Below the pieces are notes generated by a model. That model made no database searches. It had not been told where the DNA came from and saw only the letters and a list, made by a program, of their open reading frames with translations. Both the position numbers and the translations under genes were made by a program. A stretch of DNA of 64,000 nt from Spirochaetia bacterium (lineage in GTDB: Bacteria; Spirochaetota; Spirochaetia; SZUA-6; Bin103): positions 128,001-192,000 of the forward strand of contig CBDAOI010000001.1 in the NCBI GenBank assembly GCA_965198005.1. The letters are read 5' to 3'. Below are positions 47,957-58,579 of this stretch, in pieces; positions within the stretch are counted from its first letter, which is position 1; each line of letters starts with the position of its first letter.

Positions 47957-49660
47957 ATGGCGTCCGGTAAGCTCACCGGCGCGCAGATACTGGCGCGCAC
48001 GCTGGCGCTGGCGGGAGTCCGCGAGACGTTTACCATCGTCGGCGATCACGTGCTGCCCGTGCTGGACGAGATGACCGGCGGCGAGTTCCGCCTGATCGAC
48101 GCCCGGCACGAGCAGGCGGCGGCGCACATGGCCGACACCTGGGCGCGCATCACCGGCAAGCCCGGAGTCGTGATCGCCACCACGCCGGGGTTCGCCAACG
48201 TGGTGCCCGCGCTGGCCAACGCGGTCCACACCGAGGGACCGCTGCTGTCGATCGGCGGGTCGGCGGAGCTGGCTGAGCTGGGCCGCGGGGCGATGCAGGA
48301 GATCGATCAGGTGGGCATGGCGCGGCCGGTCACCAGGCTGTCCGAGATGGTCACCGATCCGCGCCGCATCCCGGACACGGTGGCGCGCGCCCTGCGGCTG
48401 GCCTACTCCGGCCGGCGCGGGCCGGTGCACCTCACGATCCCGCTGGACCTGCAACGCAGCGCCGTCCCCGCCGCCGAGGTCGACTTCACGGTGGTGACGG
48501 ACCGCCACGCGCGGCCGGTCGCGGCTGCCGACCCGGACGCGGTGCGCACCGCCCTCGATCTGCTGGCGGCCGCCGAGCAGCCGGTGGCGATTGCCGGCGG
48601 CGCGGCCGCCTACTCCCGTTCGGGGGAGGCGCTCACGCGGTTCGCCGAGGCCACGCGCACGCCGGTGATGACCGAGGGCGACGCGCGCGGACTGATCCCG
48701 GATGACCACCCATGGTGCGCCGGCTTCTACGACACCGGCCTGAACTGGGCCGCCAGGCTGGTCAGCGAGGCGGACGTGGTGGTGCTGGTCGGACGCAAGC
48801 AGGACCTCGTGATGCGCTACGCGGCGCCGCCGGCGGTGGCCGCCGCGGCGCGCCTGATCCAGATCGACCCCGAGGCGGCCGAGATCGGCCGCAACCGCCC
48901 GGTCGACGTGGGCCTGGCCGGCGACACCGACGCCGTGCTGACCCAACTGGCCGACGCCGCCGCCGGCCGCGACCGGACCGGCGGCGCCGGGGATGCCCGC
49001 GACCAGTGGCGCGCACGGCTGGCCGGGGAACGACAACGCATGGACTCGTGGCTGGAGGAACTGGACGGCGACACCGAGCCGCTGCACGGCATGGCGATCT
49101 TCACCGAACTGCGGAAGCTGCTGGGGAAGCAGGACTCCATCGTGTTCGAAGGCGGCGACTTCGGCCACTTCGGGCGCGCCTACGTCGGCGCCTATCGCCC
49201 TCTGGCCTGGTCCTACTTCTCGACCTTCGGGATGCTCGGCTCGGGGCTGCCCACGGCAATGGCGATGAAGCTGGCGCGCCCCGACACCAACGTGGTGCTG
49301 GCCACCGGCGACGGCGCGTTCGGGTTCAACGGGTTCGAGCTGGACACCGCGGTGCGCCACGGGATCGACGTGGCGCTGGTGGTGGGCAACGACGCGGCGT
49401 GGGGCATCGACCGCCAGATCCAGCTCGGCGTGTACGGGCGCACGGTGGTTACCGATCTGCTGCCGGCGCGCTATGACCTGGTCGCCCGCGGGCTGGGCGC
49501 CGACGGCTTCCACGTCCGGCGCCGGGAGGAGTTGCGGCCGGCGTTGCAGGCCGCGCTCACGGCCGGCCGCCCCGCGCTGGTGAACGTGGCGATCGCCTGC
49601 TCCCGCAGCCCGCGCTCGGCCGCGGCGATCGAGCGCTGGCGCGCGTTCAAGCAGCAGTAG
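47957..49660 (+). CDS. TPP-binding enzyme (acetolactate synthase / 2-hydroxyacyl-CoA lyase-like)
   Basis: RHEQAAAHMAD, GAMQEIDQ, GPVHL.IP.D and GDGAFGF...GND motifs. Confidence 0.88.
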   Translation: MASGKLTGAQILARTLALAGVRETFTIVGDHVLPVLDEMTGGEFRLIDARHEQAAAHMADTWARITGKPGVVIATTPGFANVVPALANAVHTEGPLLSIGGSAELAELGRGAMQEIDQVGMARPVTRLSEMVTDPRRIPDTVARALRLAYSGRRGPVHLTIPLDLQRSAVPAAEVDFTVVTDRHARPVAAADPDAVRTALDLLAAAEQPVAIAGGAAAYSRSGEALTRFAEATRTPVMTEGDARGLIPDDHPWCAGFYDTGLNWAARLVSEADVVVLVGRKQDLVMRYAAPPAVAAAARLIQIDPEAAEIGRNRPVDVGLAGDTDAVLTQLADAAAGRDRTGGAGDARDQWRARLAGERQRMDSWLEELDGDTEPLHGMAIFTELRKLLGKQDSIVFEGGDFGHFGRAYVGAYRPLAWSYFSTFGMLGSGLPTAMAMKLARPDTNVVLATGDGAFGFNGFELDTAVRHGIDVALVVGNDAAWGIDRQIQLGVYGRTVVTDLLPARYDLVARGLGADGFHVRRREELRPALQAALTAGRPALVNVAIACSRSPRSAAAIERWRAFKQQ

Positions 49661-49695
49661 TGTCAACGAAGGATCGGGGAGGCCAGGGAGGCATC

Positions 49696-50742
49696 ATGGC
49701 GCAACGGGCAATCGAGGAACAGGCTCTGGATCCGGGGCGGGTGGTGGTGGACGCCCATCACCATCTGTACGACACGCCGCGCGACGGCGGCGTCTATCTG
49801 CTGGACGACCTGTGGCGCGACACCGGGTCGGGCCACCGCGTGGTGCAGACCGTCCACGTCGAGGCCGGCTCCGGCTACCGCCCGGCCGGTCCCCCGGAGC
49901 TGCGCCCGGTCGGCGAGACCGAGTGGCTGGCGGACATCGCCCGCACCAGCGCCGGCGGCGCCGGATCGACCCTGGCGGGGATCGTCGCCCGCGCCGACCT
50001 GGGCCTGGGGCGCGCGGTCGGCGGCGTGCTCGACGCCCACGCCGAGGCCGGGGCGGGGTTGTTGCGCGGCATCCGCCACGCCATCGCGCGCGCCGAGAAC
50101 CCCGCCATTCACCCCCGCCCGCCCGGCCGCGCGCCCGCCGGCCTGGCCGCCGACCCGAAGTTCCGGGAGGGGGTGCGGCTGCTCGGCGAACGGAGCCTGA
50201 CCTACGAGAGCTATCACTATCACTTCCAGCTTCCCGAGTTCATCGCCCTCGCCCGCTCCGCCCCGGATACGGTGATCATCCTCGACCACGTCGGCATGCC
50301 GCTCGGCTTCGGCCCCTACGGCGCGCGCCGGCAGGAGATCTTCAGCCAGTGGCGGCGCGACCTCGCCGAGCTGGCCCGCCTGCCGCACGTGTTCGCCAAG
50401 CTCGGCGGCCTGGCGCAGCCGGAGAACGGCTTCGGCTGGGAGCGCCGGGCGACCTCCGCGACCTCCGACGAGATCGTCGCCGCCCACCGCCCGTACTACG
50501 AGTTCGCCATCGAACAGTTCGGCCCGCGGCGGTGCATGTTCGAGAGCAATTTCCCGGTCGACAAGCTGTCGGTGACCTACTCGGCCCTGTACAACGCCTT
50601 CAAGAAGATCGTCGCGGCCTGCTCCGACGACGAGCAGGACGCGATGTTCAGCGGCACCGCCCGGCGCGTGTACCGGCTGGACGAACCGGACGAGCCGGGC
50701 GAGATGGACGCGGGGGTCGGCGGCGGTGCTGGCCAGTCTTGA
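49696..50742 (+). CDS. Amidohydrolase_2-family protein
   Basis: DAHHHL, ILDHVG, AKLGG and MFESNFPVD motifs. Confidence 0.88.
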   Translation: MAQRAIEEQALDPGRVVVDAHHHLYDTPRDGGVYLLDDLWRDTGSGHRVVQTVHVEAGSGYRPAGPPELRPVGETEWLADIARTSAGGAGSTLAGIVARADLGLGRAVGGVLDAHAEAGAGLLRGIRHAIARAENPAIHPRPPGRAPAGLAADPKFREGVRLLGERSLTYESYHYHFQLPEFIALARSAPDTVIILDHVGMPLGFGPYGARRQEIFSQWRRDLAELARLPHVFAKLGGLAQPENGFGWERRATSATSDEIVAAHRPYYEFAIEQFGPRRCMFESNFPVDKLSVTYSALYNAFKKIVAACSDDEQDAMFSGTARRVYRLDEPDEPGEMDAGVGGGAGQS

Positions 50743-51148
50743 GCGCCTGACCGGCGCCCTGCGGCAGGTGGCGGCGCGCTGTCCGTGGCTGAAGCAGTGC
50801 ACCATCGAACAGTACGCGCGCGAGTTGCACGCCGAGGCGGGCGAGGTGCTGCAGGCGGTCGCCAATCGGGATCCCGCCAACCTCAAGGAAGAATTGGGCG
50901 ATCTGCTGTGGGATACTCTGATCTGCGCCCTGCTGGCCGAGCGCGCCGGCCACTTCCAGGCGCACGAGATCGTGGACGGCGTCGTGGCCAAGATGCGGCG
51001 GCGCAAGCCCTACGTGTTCGACGGCACCGAGGTAACGGTGGATGAGGCGAAGCGCATCTGGGCGGCGGTCAAGGCCAGCGAGAAGCGCGAGCAACGCACC
51101 GGCACGCGGCCGCCAACCGTAGTCAGGGAGGAGACGACAGTTACATGA
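50726..51148 (+). CDS. Single-domain MazG-like nucleotide pyrophosphohydrolase
   Basis: CPW..Q, E..EV, KEELGDLL and K..RR.PYVF motifs. Confidence 0.85.
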   Translation: MLASLERLTGALRQVAARCPWLKQCTIEQYARELHAEAGEVLQAVANRDPANLKEELGDLLWDTLICALLAERAGHFQAHEIVDGVVAKMRRRKPYVFDGTEVTVDEAKRIWAAVKASEKREQRTGTRPPTVVREETTVT

Positions 51149-51771
51149 GCCGCGTATTCATCTATTGGGACAACTCGAACATCTTTCACGAACCGCAGCG
51201 CTTCGCAGAGGAACGCAACGAAGGCCCCGACGCTCGCTATCGCGTGCGCATCAACTTCGACAACATCCTCCGTTTGGCGCATGCCGACCGCACGCTTGGG
51301 CGGGCGGTGGCCGCGGGCTCGATACCCCCGGAGATGCGCCAGTTGTGGAATCGAATGGAAGCTGCGGGAGTGGAAGTCCAGCTCTTCGACCGTGGAAGCG
51401 CGGAGCGGAGCGAACAGGACACGCCGGATCGGATACTCCAGTTGCGAATGCTGGAAGATGCCCTCGACTACAACGGAAACCCCGGCGTTGTGGTCTTGCT
51501 GACCGGCGACGGCGCAGGGTACCATGGAGGCACGGGCTTCCACCGGACACTGGAGCGCATGCATAAGCGTGGCTGGCGCGTTGAAATCCTGTCGTGGAGG
51601 CATTCCTGCAATCAGCGGATGCGCCGGTGGGCGGAAGATAATGGGTTGTTCGTCGCTCTCGACGACTTTTTCGAGTCGATCACCTTCATGACCCCGTCGC
51701 GGCCCGGGTTCGAGCATGCTTTGGGACGCGAATCGGCAGCCCTGGACTTGGCACTGCGGAAGACCGCCTGA
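51145..51771 (+). CDS. NYN-domain (PIN-like) nuclease
   Basis: YWDNSN, EQ..D, LLTGDG and GW.VEILSW motifs. Confidence 0.85.
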   Translation: MSRVFIYWDNSNIFHEPQRFAEERNEGPDARYRVRINFDNILRLAHADRTLGRAVAAGSIPPEMRQLWNRMEAAGVEVQLFDRGSAERSEQDTPDRILQLRMLEDALDYNGNPGVVVLLTGDGAGYHGGTGFHRTLERMHKRGWRVEILSWRHSCNQRMRRWAEDNGLFVALDDFFESITFMTPSRPGFEHALGRESAALDLALRKTA

Positions 51772-51917
51772 CCGAGTCGCACGCGTTGGACGAGTCGGAC
51801 ATATGGGATCGATAGGATCGATGGGATTGGCGGTGACAATGATTGTCGTGTACAGTCTGCCCATGGTCGTCGACGCCGTACGAGACGTGCTCGGCGTGCG
51901 GCCGGGAGACACGGCCC

Positions 51918-54671
51918 ATGCCGCCTGATGGCGCGCCGCCGCTGGCGGGAGTGCGGGTGGTCGACTTCGGCCACTACATTGCGGGGCCGCTGACCGGCAT
52001 GCTCCTGGCCGACCAGGGGGCCGAGGTGATCAAGGTCGACCGGCCCGGCAGCCGGAGCGCCGACCGCGCGGATCACGGCGCCGCCGCGGATGCGATGTAC
52101 AACCGCGGCAAGACGCGGCTCGAGCTGGACCTCAAGAGCCCCGCCGGCTTGGCCGCCGCCAAGCGCCTGATCGCCGCCGCCGACGTCGTCATCGAGAACT
52201 TTCGCCCGGGCGTGATGGACCGGCTCGGTCTCGGAGCGCGCGTGGTCACCGAGCGGCATCCGCGCCTGATCTACCTGTCGCTGCCCGGATTCGCGTCGAC
52301 CGACCAGGAGAAGGCCAACATCCGCGCCTTCGAAGGGGTGCTGAACGCGGCCTGCGGGCTGTTTACCGACCTCGACTCGCTGGGCCGCCTGGTCGGAGCG
52401 CCGCCGGTCTACACGCCGATCCCGCTGGCCTCCACCTACGGCGCCATTCACGGCGCGCTGGCGGTGACCCTGGCCCTCTACGGGCGCGCCGAGACCGGGC
52501 GCGGCGAGGTGATCGAGGTGCCGCTGCTGGGGGCGGCGCTGGCGGCGACCGGCGTGCTGCTGTACCGCGTGGCGAAGCAGCCGGTCCGGTACGGCATGCC
52601 GATCATGCCGCGCTGCACCGAACGGTTCCTGGTGCCGCTGGTGCGGGCGTACGTGCGCCTCACCGGCGGCCGCGGCTGGCGCGCCATCCTGCGGCGACTG
52701 GGCCGCATCCACCCCGGTCCGAACGACAGCTACCGCACCGGCGACGGCCGCTGGGTGTTCCTGCTGGCCGGCGGCAACTCCAACCACAGCCAGGCGTTCC
52801 TCAAGGCGATGGGGCTGTACGACGAGCTGATCCAGGCCGGCATGGTCGACCGCTACGTGTACGAAAACCTGGAGCTGACCAACAACGTCCAGGATTGGAC
52901 CATGCTGCGCAGGTCCTGGAAGCGCAGGATCCGGAAGCGGCTGACGCGGCTGTTCGCCGAGCAGCCGGCGGCGCACTGGGAGCAGCTGATCGACGGGAGC
53001 GTGCCGTTCTCGCCGCAGCGCACCGCCGGCGAGTGGCTGCACGCGCCGGAGGCCCTGACCGCCGGGCTTACGGTCGACGTCGACGATCCCCGCCACGGGA
53101 CGATGCGGCAGTTGGGGGTTCAGGTTTCGCTGCGCGGGACCGCGGACCGGTGGTACGACCCGCGCGCCGCGGTCGACGGCGAGCTCGAGGCCGTGCTCAC
53201 GGAGCTGGAGCAGACGCCGGCTGCCGGCCGGACCGCGTCCGGGGCGGCAGCCGGCGGCGCCGGCGGCCCGGAGCGCACGGCCGGCGTCCGGGGCTCGGCA
53301 AGCCGCCCGGCGGCTCCACCGGACGCCGTGTCCCAAACCACCGTGTCCCAAGCCAGCGCGGCCCCGGCCGCAGCGCCCCGGACTGACGCGCCGCAAGCCA
53401 CCGCGCCCCAGGGCACCGACCCCCAGGGCACGGCTCCCCAGGGCACCGCGACCCGGCAGCTCCTGAGCGGCGTCCGGGTGCTGGACCTGTCCAACGTGCT
53501 GGCCGGCCCGTGCAGCGCCCGCACGCTGGCCGAGTACGGCGCGGAGGTGATCAAGATCGACCCGCCCACCACCTACCTCGGCCCGCTGCGGTTCTGCTGG
53601 TTCCCGCTCGAAGTGAGCCAGGGCAAGCGTTCGATGGTGCTCGACCTCAAGACCGAGCAGGGGCTGGGCATCTTCTGGGACCTGCTGCAGACCGCCGACG
53701 TGGTGGTGCACAACTTCCGCCTCGGCGTGGCGGAGCGGCTGGGCATCGACTACGAGAGCGCCAAGCGGCGCAAACCCGACATCGTCTACCTGAGCTTCAC
53801 CGCCTACGGCGGTCCGCGGCCGGGGCCGTGGGCGGCCTGGACCTCGTTCGACCCCGCGGTCCAGGGCGCGACCGGGATCATGCGCCGTTACGGCGGCGAC
53901 GGCAAGCCGGTCCTGCACGGCTGGGGATCGTGCATCGACTACATGGCCGGCTACTCGGCCGCCTACGGAATGGCGCTTGCCCTGTACAAGCGCAGAACCG
54001 GACGCGGCGGCGACCGCGTGTCCGCTTCCCTGGCGCAGGCCGCGCAGCTGGTGCAGGCGCCGTTCATGGTGGCCACCGACAGTCACCGGCCGGGCGGCGA
54101 GCCACACGGACAGCGCGCCCGCGGCGAGCACGCGCTGGCGCGGCTGTACCGCGCGCGCGACGGCTGGCTGTTCGTGCAGGGTCTGCCGTCGGACCTGGCG
54201 CGGGCAGCCACGATCGACGAGCTGGCCGACCTCCCGCTGGGCGAGGCGCGGGACACCGACCGCGTCAGGTTCCTGGAAGCCGCGATCCGGCGGCGTCCCG
54301 TGGCGTTCTGGACCGTGGCCTTCAACCAGGCCGGCCTCGGGTGCCACCGCGTCGATTCGATCGAGCATATCCGCCGCGAGTACCTGCACGAGATGAGCGC
54401 GGACAACCTCACGCGCAACTGGGATGACGGGCGGTCGATCTCGGCCATCAGGATCGCCGACCACCCGGCCGGCGTTCCGGTGGATACGGTGGCGCCCGCC
54501 TATGCCCGGTTCCGCAACACGTCGCTGCGGCTGTGCGGGCCGATGCCGTACATGGGCGGCGATACCCGCGCCATCCTGCTCGAAGCCGGCTATCCCGAAG
54601 CGCGCGTCGACGAGCTGCTGGCCAAGGGCGTGGTCAAACAGCGCTTCCACCGCGACTACCTGCCCGACTGA
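51918..54671 (+). CDS. CaiB/BaiF family III CoA-transferase, tandem two-domain fusion
   Basis: Two copies of L.GVRV.D....AGP.....LA..GAEVIK and ADVV..NFR.GV..RLG, joined by a repetitive linker. Confidence 0.9.
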   Translation: MPPDGAPPLAGVRVVDFGHYIAGPLTGMLLADQGAEVIKVDRPGSRSADRADHGAAADAMYNRGKTRLELDLKSPAGLAAAKRLIAAADVVIENFRPGVMDRLGLGARVVTERHPRLIYLSLPGFASTDQEKANIRAFEGVLNAACGLFTDLDSLGRLVGAPPVYTPIPLASTYGAIHGALAVTLALYGRAETGRGEVIEVPLLGAALAATGVLLYRVAKQPVRYGMPIMPRCTERFLVPLVRAYVRLTGGRGWRAILRRLGRIHPGPNDSYRTGDGRWVFLLAGGNSNHSQAFLKAMGLYDELIQAGMVDRYVYENLELTNNVQDWTMLRRSWKRRIRKRLTRLFAEQPAAHWEQLIDGSVPFSPQRTAGEWLHAPEALTAGLTVDVDDPRHGTMRQLGVQVSLRGTADRWYDPRAAVDGELEAVLTELEQTPAAGRTASGAAAGGAGGPERTAGVRGSASRPAAPPDAVSQTTVSQASAAPAAAPRTDAPQATAPQGTDPQGTAPQGTATRQLLSGVRVLDLSNVLAGPCSARTLAEYGAEVIKIDPPTTYLGPLRFCWFPLEVSQGKRSMVLDLKTEQGLGIFWDLLQTADVVVHNFRLGVAERLGIDYESAKRRKPDIVYLSFTAYGGPRPGPWAAWTSFDPAVQGATGIMRRYGGDGKPVLHGWGSCIDYMAGYSAAYGMALALYKRRTGRGGDRVSASLAQAAQLVQAPFMVATDSHRPGGEPHGQRARGEHALARLYRARDGWLFVQGLPSDLARAATIDELADLPLGEARDTDRVRFLEAAIRRRPVAFWTVAFNQAGLGCHRVDSIEHIRREYLHEMSADNLTRNWDDGRSISAIRIADHPAGVPVDTVAPAYARFRNTSLRLCGPMPYMGGDTRAILLEAGYPEARVDELLAKGVVKQRFHRDYLPD

Positions 54672-54726
54672 CGCGCCCGGTCAGTCGACGAGTCAGCCGT
54701 CCTGCACGCGTAGCAGGCCGAACGAC

Positions 54727-55647
54727 CTACTTGACCGACCTCGCGGCATCGGCATCAAGACGCCCTTCGCCACCCCTCAGCCGCGGGTCGAGCAGGTCGC
54801 GCATGGCATCGCCGAACATGTTGAGAACGTACACGACAACCGTCAGGCACAGACCGGGCCACAGCGCCAGCCATGGCGCCACCTCCATGTGCGTACGCCC
54901 ATCGCCGCTGAGCATCGCTCCCCAGCTCGGAATCTGCGCGGGCAGACCGAATCCCAGGAAGCTCAGGGACGCCTCGGCCATGATCACCCCGCCGACGTTG
55001 ATGCTGAAGATGACGATCACCGGAGCGGCAATATTGGGCAGGACATGGCGGATGAGTGTTCGCCACTTGGTGCTGCCACTCGCCTCTGCCGCCTGAAAAT
55101 AGACCCCCTCCTTCACACCGATAACCGCGCTGCGCAGCACCCGCGAGCCGCCGATGCCTCCCGATATCCCCAGGACCAGGACGATCTGCGGTATACCCCG
55201 TCCCGTTATGGACATCACGGTGAGCAGGATGAGCAGTCCCGGGAAGGCCATCCAGGCATCGACAAACCTCTGCACCACCAGGTCGAGCTTGCCACCGAGG
55301 AATCCTGAAGTGCCGCCTACCAGGAAGGCGACGATAACGTTGACCGTGGTCGCCGCCAGACCGACACCCAACGAGAGACGGGCCGCGAAGATGAGGCGGC
55401 TCAAGAAGTCTCGCCCCAACTGGTCGGTACCGAGCAGATACGTGGCCGATGGGGCCTGCAGCCGGTCTACCAGGTGTTGTTCATCCATTGGATAGGGGGC
55501 CAGCACCTCGGCAAAGATGCTGACCAGAATCAACAGCAACACCACAATCCCGCTGGCGGTACCCAGCGGCTTCTCCCTGACCAGCCTCAGGAAGAAATCG
55601 GCCAGCCCGGCATGGCGCGCGGACTCACGCACCGGAGAGCGCCTCAT
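54727..55647 (-). CDS. ABC transporter permease (OppC/DppC-like)
   Basis: LLGTDQLGRD, EAA-like loop, RHVLPN, EASLSFLG and PSWGAML motifs. Confidence 0.92.
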   Translation of the reverse strand: MRRSPVRESARHAGLADFFLRLVREKPLGTASGIVVLLLILVSIFAEVLAPYPMDEQHLVDRLQAPSATYLLGTDQLGRDFLSRLIFAARLSLGVGLAATTVNVIVAFLVGGTSGFLGGKLDLVVQRFVDAWMAFPGLLILLTVMSITGRGIPQIVLVLGISGGIGGSRVLRSAVIGVKEGVYFQAAEASGSTKWRTLIRHVLPNIAAPVIVIFSINVGGVIMAEASLSFLGFGLPAQIPSWGAMLSGDGRTHMEVAPWLALWPGLCLTVVVYVLNMFGDAMRDLLDPRLRGGEGRLDADAARSVK

Positions 55648-56654
55648 CGATACCGCACCCTGGGGTCCAGATAGGGATAGAGCAGGTCGATGAACAGGTT
55701 GCTTAACAGAACGACACTGGCGAACACCAGATTGACTCCGGAGACGATCGGGTAGTCTCGCTCGGTGAGTCCATTCACCAGGAGCCCACCCAACCCGGGC
55801 AGGTTGAAGATGCTCTCCATGATAACCGAGCCACCTACCAGGATAGGCAACTGCATGCCTACCAGGGTAACCATCGGGATGAGAGCATTCTTGACGGCGT
55901 GGCGCATGATAGTCGCCCCCTCCTTGAGGCCCTTCGACCGCGCAGTCCTGATATAGTCTTGCCGCAGCACCTCCAGCATCATGGTGCGCGTCATCCGCAT
56001 CATGCCGGCGGACAGGGCCGTCCCGAGAATCACGCTGGGAATGATGAGAATCCCGAGATTCCCCAGCGGGTCTTCCATCAGAGAAATGTATTGCAGCGGG
56101 GGCGCCCAGCCCCACCAGATTGCGGGGAAGATCATGACCATGATGCCGAGCCAGAAGTTGGGCGTTGCCATGCCGATGACGGCGATGGTGCGCCCGGCGT
56201 AGTCGGCGGGCGTATCCTGGCGAATCGCCGAGTAGATGCCGACCGGCAGCGCTATCAGCTGCCCGAGCACGAGTGCTATGAGGCCGAGCTGTATCGTTAC
56301 CGGTAGGCTGGCGACGATTCTCTGCCGCACGGTAAGACCGCCAAACAGTGAATCGCCGAGGGAGCCCTGCAGCAGACCGTTGAAGCGAGGCTCACCGGTC
56401 ATCCAGTCAGGGGTCGGCAACACTCCCATCCAGCGTCCATACTGCACGTAGACGGGCACGTCCAATCCCAGCATACGCTCCACAGCTTCACGGTCTATGC
56501 CGCTATCGGCCTGGCCGCCTTCGTAGAACATGCGACCTTCGATGATGTCTATGACATCGCCGGGGATGAAGCGCACCAACAGAAAGACCAGGATGGTCAG
56601 TATGAACAGAGTGGGGATGATGAGCAGTAACCGCCTGATAATATAGGCTCTCAC
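55644..56654 (-). CDS. ABC transporter permease (OppB/DppB-like)
   Basis: TPNFW, QDYIRTARSKGL, RHAVKNA and RDYP motifs. Confidence 0.93.
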   Translation of the reverse strand: MRAYIIRRLLLIIPTLFILTILVFLLVRFIPGDVIDIIEGRMFYEGGQADSGIDREAVERMLGLDVPVYVQYGRWMGVLPTPDWMTGEPRFNGLLQGSLGDSLFGGLTVRQRIVASLPVTIQLGLIALVLGQLIALPVGIYSAIRQDTPADYAGRTIAVIGMATPNFWLGIMVMIFPAIWWGWAPPLQYISLMEDPLGNLGILIIPSVILGTALSAGMMRMTRTMMLEVLRQDYIRTARSKGLKEGATIMRHAVKNALIPMVTLVGMQLPILVGGSVIMESIFNLPGLGGLLVNGLTERDYPIVSGVNLVFASVVLLSNLFIDLLYPYLDPRVRYR

Positions 56655-56690
56655 CTCAAACACCTCATGACGATTTCCCCATCAATGCAC

Positions 56691-56725
56691 AGGGGAGCTG
56701 GAAAGCGCGGCGCCTCCCAGCTCCC
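56691..56725 (-). terminator. Stem-loop between SBP and permease (terminator or RNA-stability element)
   Basis: GGGAGCTGG...CCAGCTCCC inverted repeat. Confidence 0.55.
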
Positions 56726-56758
56726 TCTTCTCAAGGTCCGTCGGATACGACGAAAACC

Positions 56759-58579
56759 CTAGTGACCCGATGCGGCCTTGAGCTGACTGTCGACCCAGAG
56801 ACGGGCCCAGACATTTCCGTACTGTTGGGATCCGAAGCCGCCTTCGCCACCATAACCCATCACCCACGGCTGGTGCACGGCAAACTGCGGAGCCTCGGGC
56901 CCCCAGATCATCCAGTGCTGCTCTAGGTGGCGCATGTCCATCTCTCTAATCGGCCTGGTCTGCTCCGCCACGGTGGTAGCGGCTACCATTTCGTCATACA
57001 GGGCGTCATATTGCGCGTCGTGCTGTGGTATCTGATGCCACCCGGTAGAACCTCCATAAGACATGGACATCTGCGACCACGGATCAGCCTTGGCGCCGGT
57101 AGACCCCACCCACATGTCCCAGTCATCACTACCTTGTAGGAGAGGGATCAGTTCACTAATGGGAATTGGCTGAATATTGAGCTGAATGCCAACGGCGCCC
57201 CAGAATCCGCTCAGTAATTCTGGCCAGCTCACATCCGAAGTCGAGATGTGTAGGTAGGTGGCCTCGAATCTGGTGCCGTCCGCGCCACGGGGAAGCCCGG
57301 CCTCATCGAGCAGCCTGTTGGCCCCGTCCGGGTCATACCCATAGTATTGCTTGATCTCTTCGGGCCACGCTGCAAACGGGACGCAAAAACCCGCGGAACA
57401 GAAATTGTTGTTCACCAGCCCCATAGGTGTCGTAGAGGCAAATCCCTTGAAGTAGGTAGCGTTGATGGTCTCGAGGTCCAGTGCCATCTGCATCGCCCGG
57501 CGCACCCGGATGTCGTCAAAGGGCGGCTTGGCCGTGTTGATCTTGGTCGCATGATTCGACCGCTCTGTAAACGGGATCACCACGAGCTCCGGGTTGGTCC
57601 GCATGAGGCTCTCTGCCTGGTCAATGGTCCTGATTTGAGAGTTGCCGTGCCAACCTGCGTAATCGGCCTGACCCGAGCGCAGTGCCGCCATGATGGTTGC
57701 CGGCTCGCTCATATACAGGCCCTTTAGCTCGTCAATATAGGGTAAGCGGTTCTCTGGATATTTCTCGTCGAAGCCCCAGTAGTTGGGATTCTTGGTCCAG
57801 GTGATAGAGCTGTCGAGGACAAAGTCAGTCATCATGAAGGGCCCGGTGCCGACAATATTCCTCCAATCCTGCATGTCCCCGTATTGCTCGATTACCTCGG
57901 GAGGCTGTATGAACATATAGAGTTGGTCCAACATATGCTGTTCGGCACGGAGTCTGGGCTCCTTCAGCCTCACCACGAGCGTGTATTTGTCGGTGGCCGT
58001 TAGCGATTCCCAGGGCAAAGTTCCGAGCGCATCTACTCGCGGGGAAGGTTCGGCTTCGCTGAACCGGGTGCCGGTCAGTTTGTTTCCCAACATGCGGTGA
58101 AAGTTGAACTCGACATCCTGGGCAGTGAGCTCCCGCCCGTTCATCGGCGGCTTGTCATGCCAGTGGACGCCCTGGCGGATGTGGAAGATATAGGTGGTGG
58201 CGTCGGGCTGTTCCCAGCTTTCAGCTAGTGCCCCGCTAAGGGCGGACAGAGGCGGGGGATAGCCGCCGACGAAATGAAATGCGTCCCTGTCTATGGCCCA
58301 GTCCACCGTGCCCAGTTTCTCTAGCACGCCACTCATGACTTGACCCGCTCCCTGGCCAAACCAGGCGTCACGAGGCTCAACGGTGGTATTCAGCACGTAG
58401 ATCATTGTCCCGCCATACTCTGGCGCGGTGAACACCTTGCCGGTGACCGGGTCGGTGACGTATTGCTTGTCGGCGGCGGCGGCCGGCTGCTCTTCTTCGC
58501 CGGCGGCCCACAGGGCGGTTGCGGCAAGAACGAGACCGACCAGCACGGCCAGGCACGTTCTGCAGGTTGCGAATCTCAT
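56759..58579 (-). CDS. ABC transporter substrate-binding protein, family 5
   Basis: Signal peptide ...ALWAAGEEE; LAESWE, GRELTA.DV, GTGPF and PFDDIRVRRA motifs. Confidence 0.93.
   Translation of the reverse strand: MRFATCRTCLAVLVGLVLAATALWAAGEEEQPAAAADKQYVTDPVTGKVFTAPEYGGTMIYVLNTTVEPRDAWFGQGAGQVMSGVLEKLGTVDWAIDRDAFHFVGGYPPPLSALSGALAESWEQPDATTYIFHIRQGVHWHDKPPMNGRELTAQDVEFNFHRMLGNKLTGTRFSEAEPSPRVDALGTLPWESLTATDKYTLVVRLKEPRLRAEQHMLDQLYMFIQPPEVIEQYGDMQDWRNIVGTGPFMMTDFVLDSSITWTKNPNYWGFDEKYPENRLPYIDELKGLYMSEPATIMAALRSGQADYAGWHGNSQIRTIDQAESLMRTNPELVVIPFTERSNHATKINTAKPPFDDIRVRRAMQMALDLETINATYFKGFASTTPMGLVNNNFCSAGFCVPFAAWPEEIKQYYGYDPDGANRLLDEAGLPRGADGTRFEATYLHISTSDVSWPELLSGFWGAVGIQLNIQPIPISELIPLLQGSDDWDMWVGSTGAKADPWSQMSMSYGGSTGWHQIPQHDAQYDALYDEMVAATTVAEQTRPIREMDMRHLEQHWMIWGPEAPQFAVHQPWVMGYGGEGGFGSQQYGNVWARLWVDSQLKAASGH

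Noticed and set aside
51612..54650. 1012-aa minus-strand ORF and similar long antisense ORFs elsewhere
   Set aside because: Shadow frames of real high-GC genes with no domain motifs.
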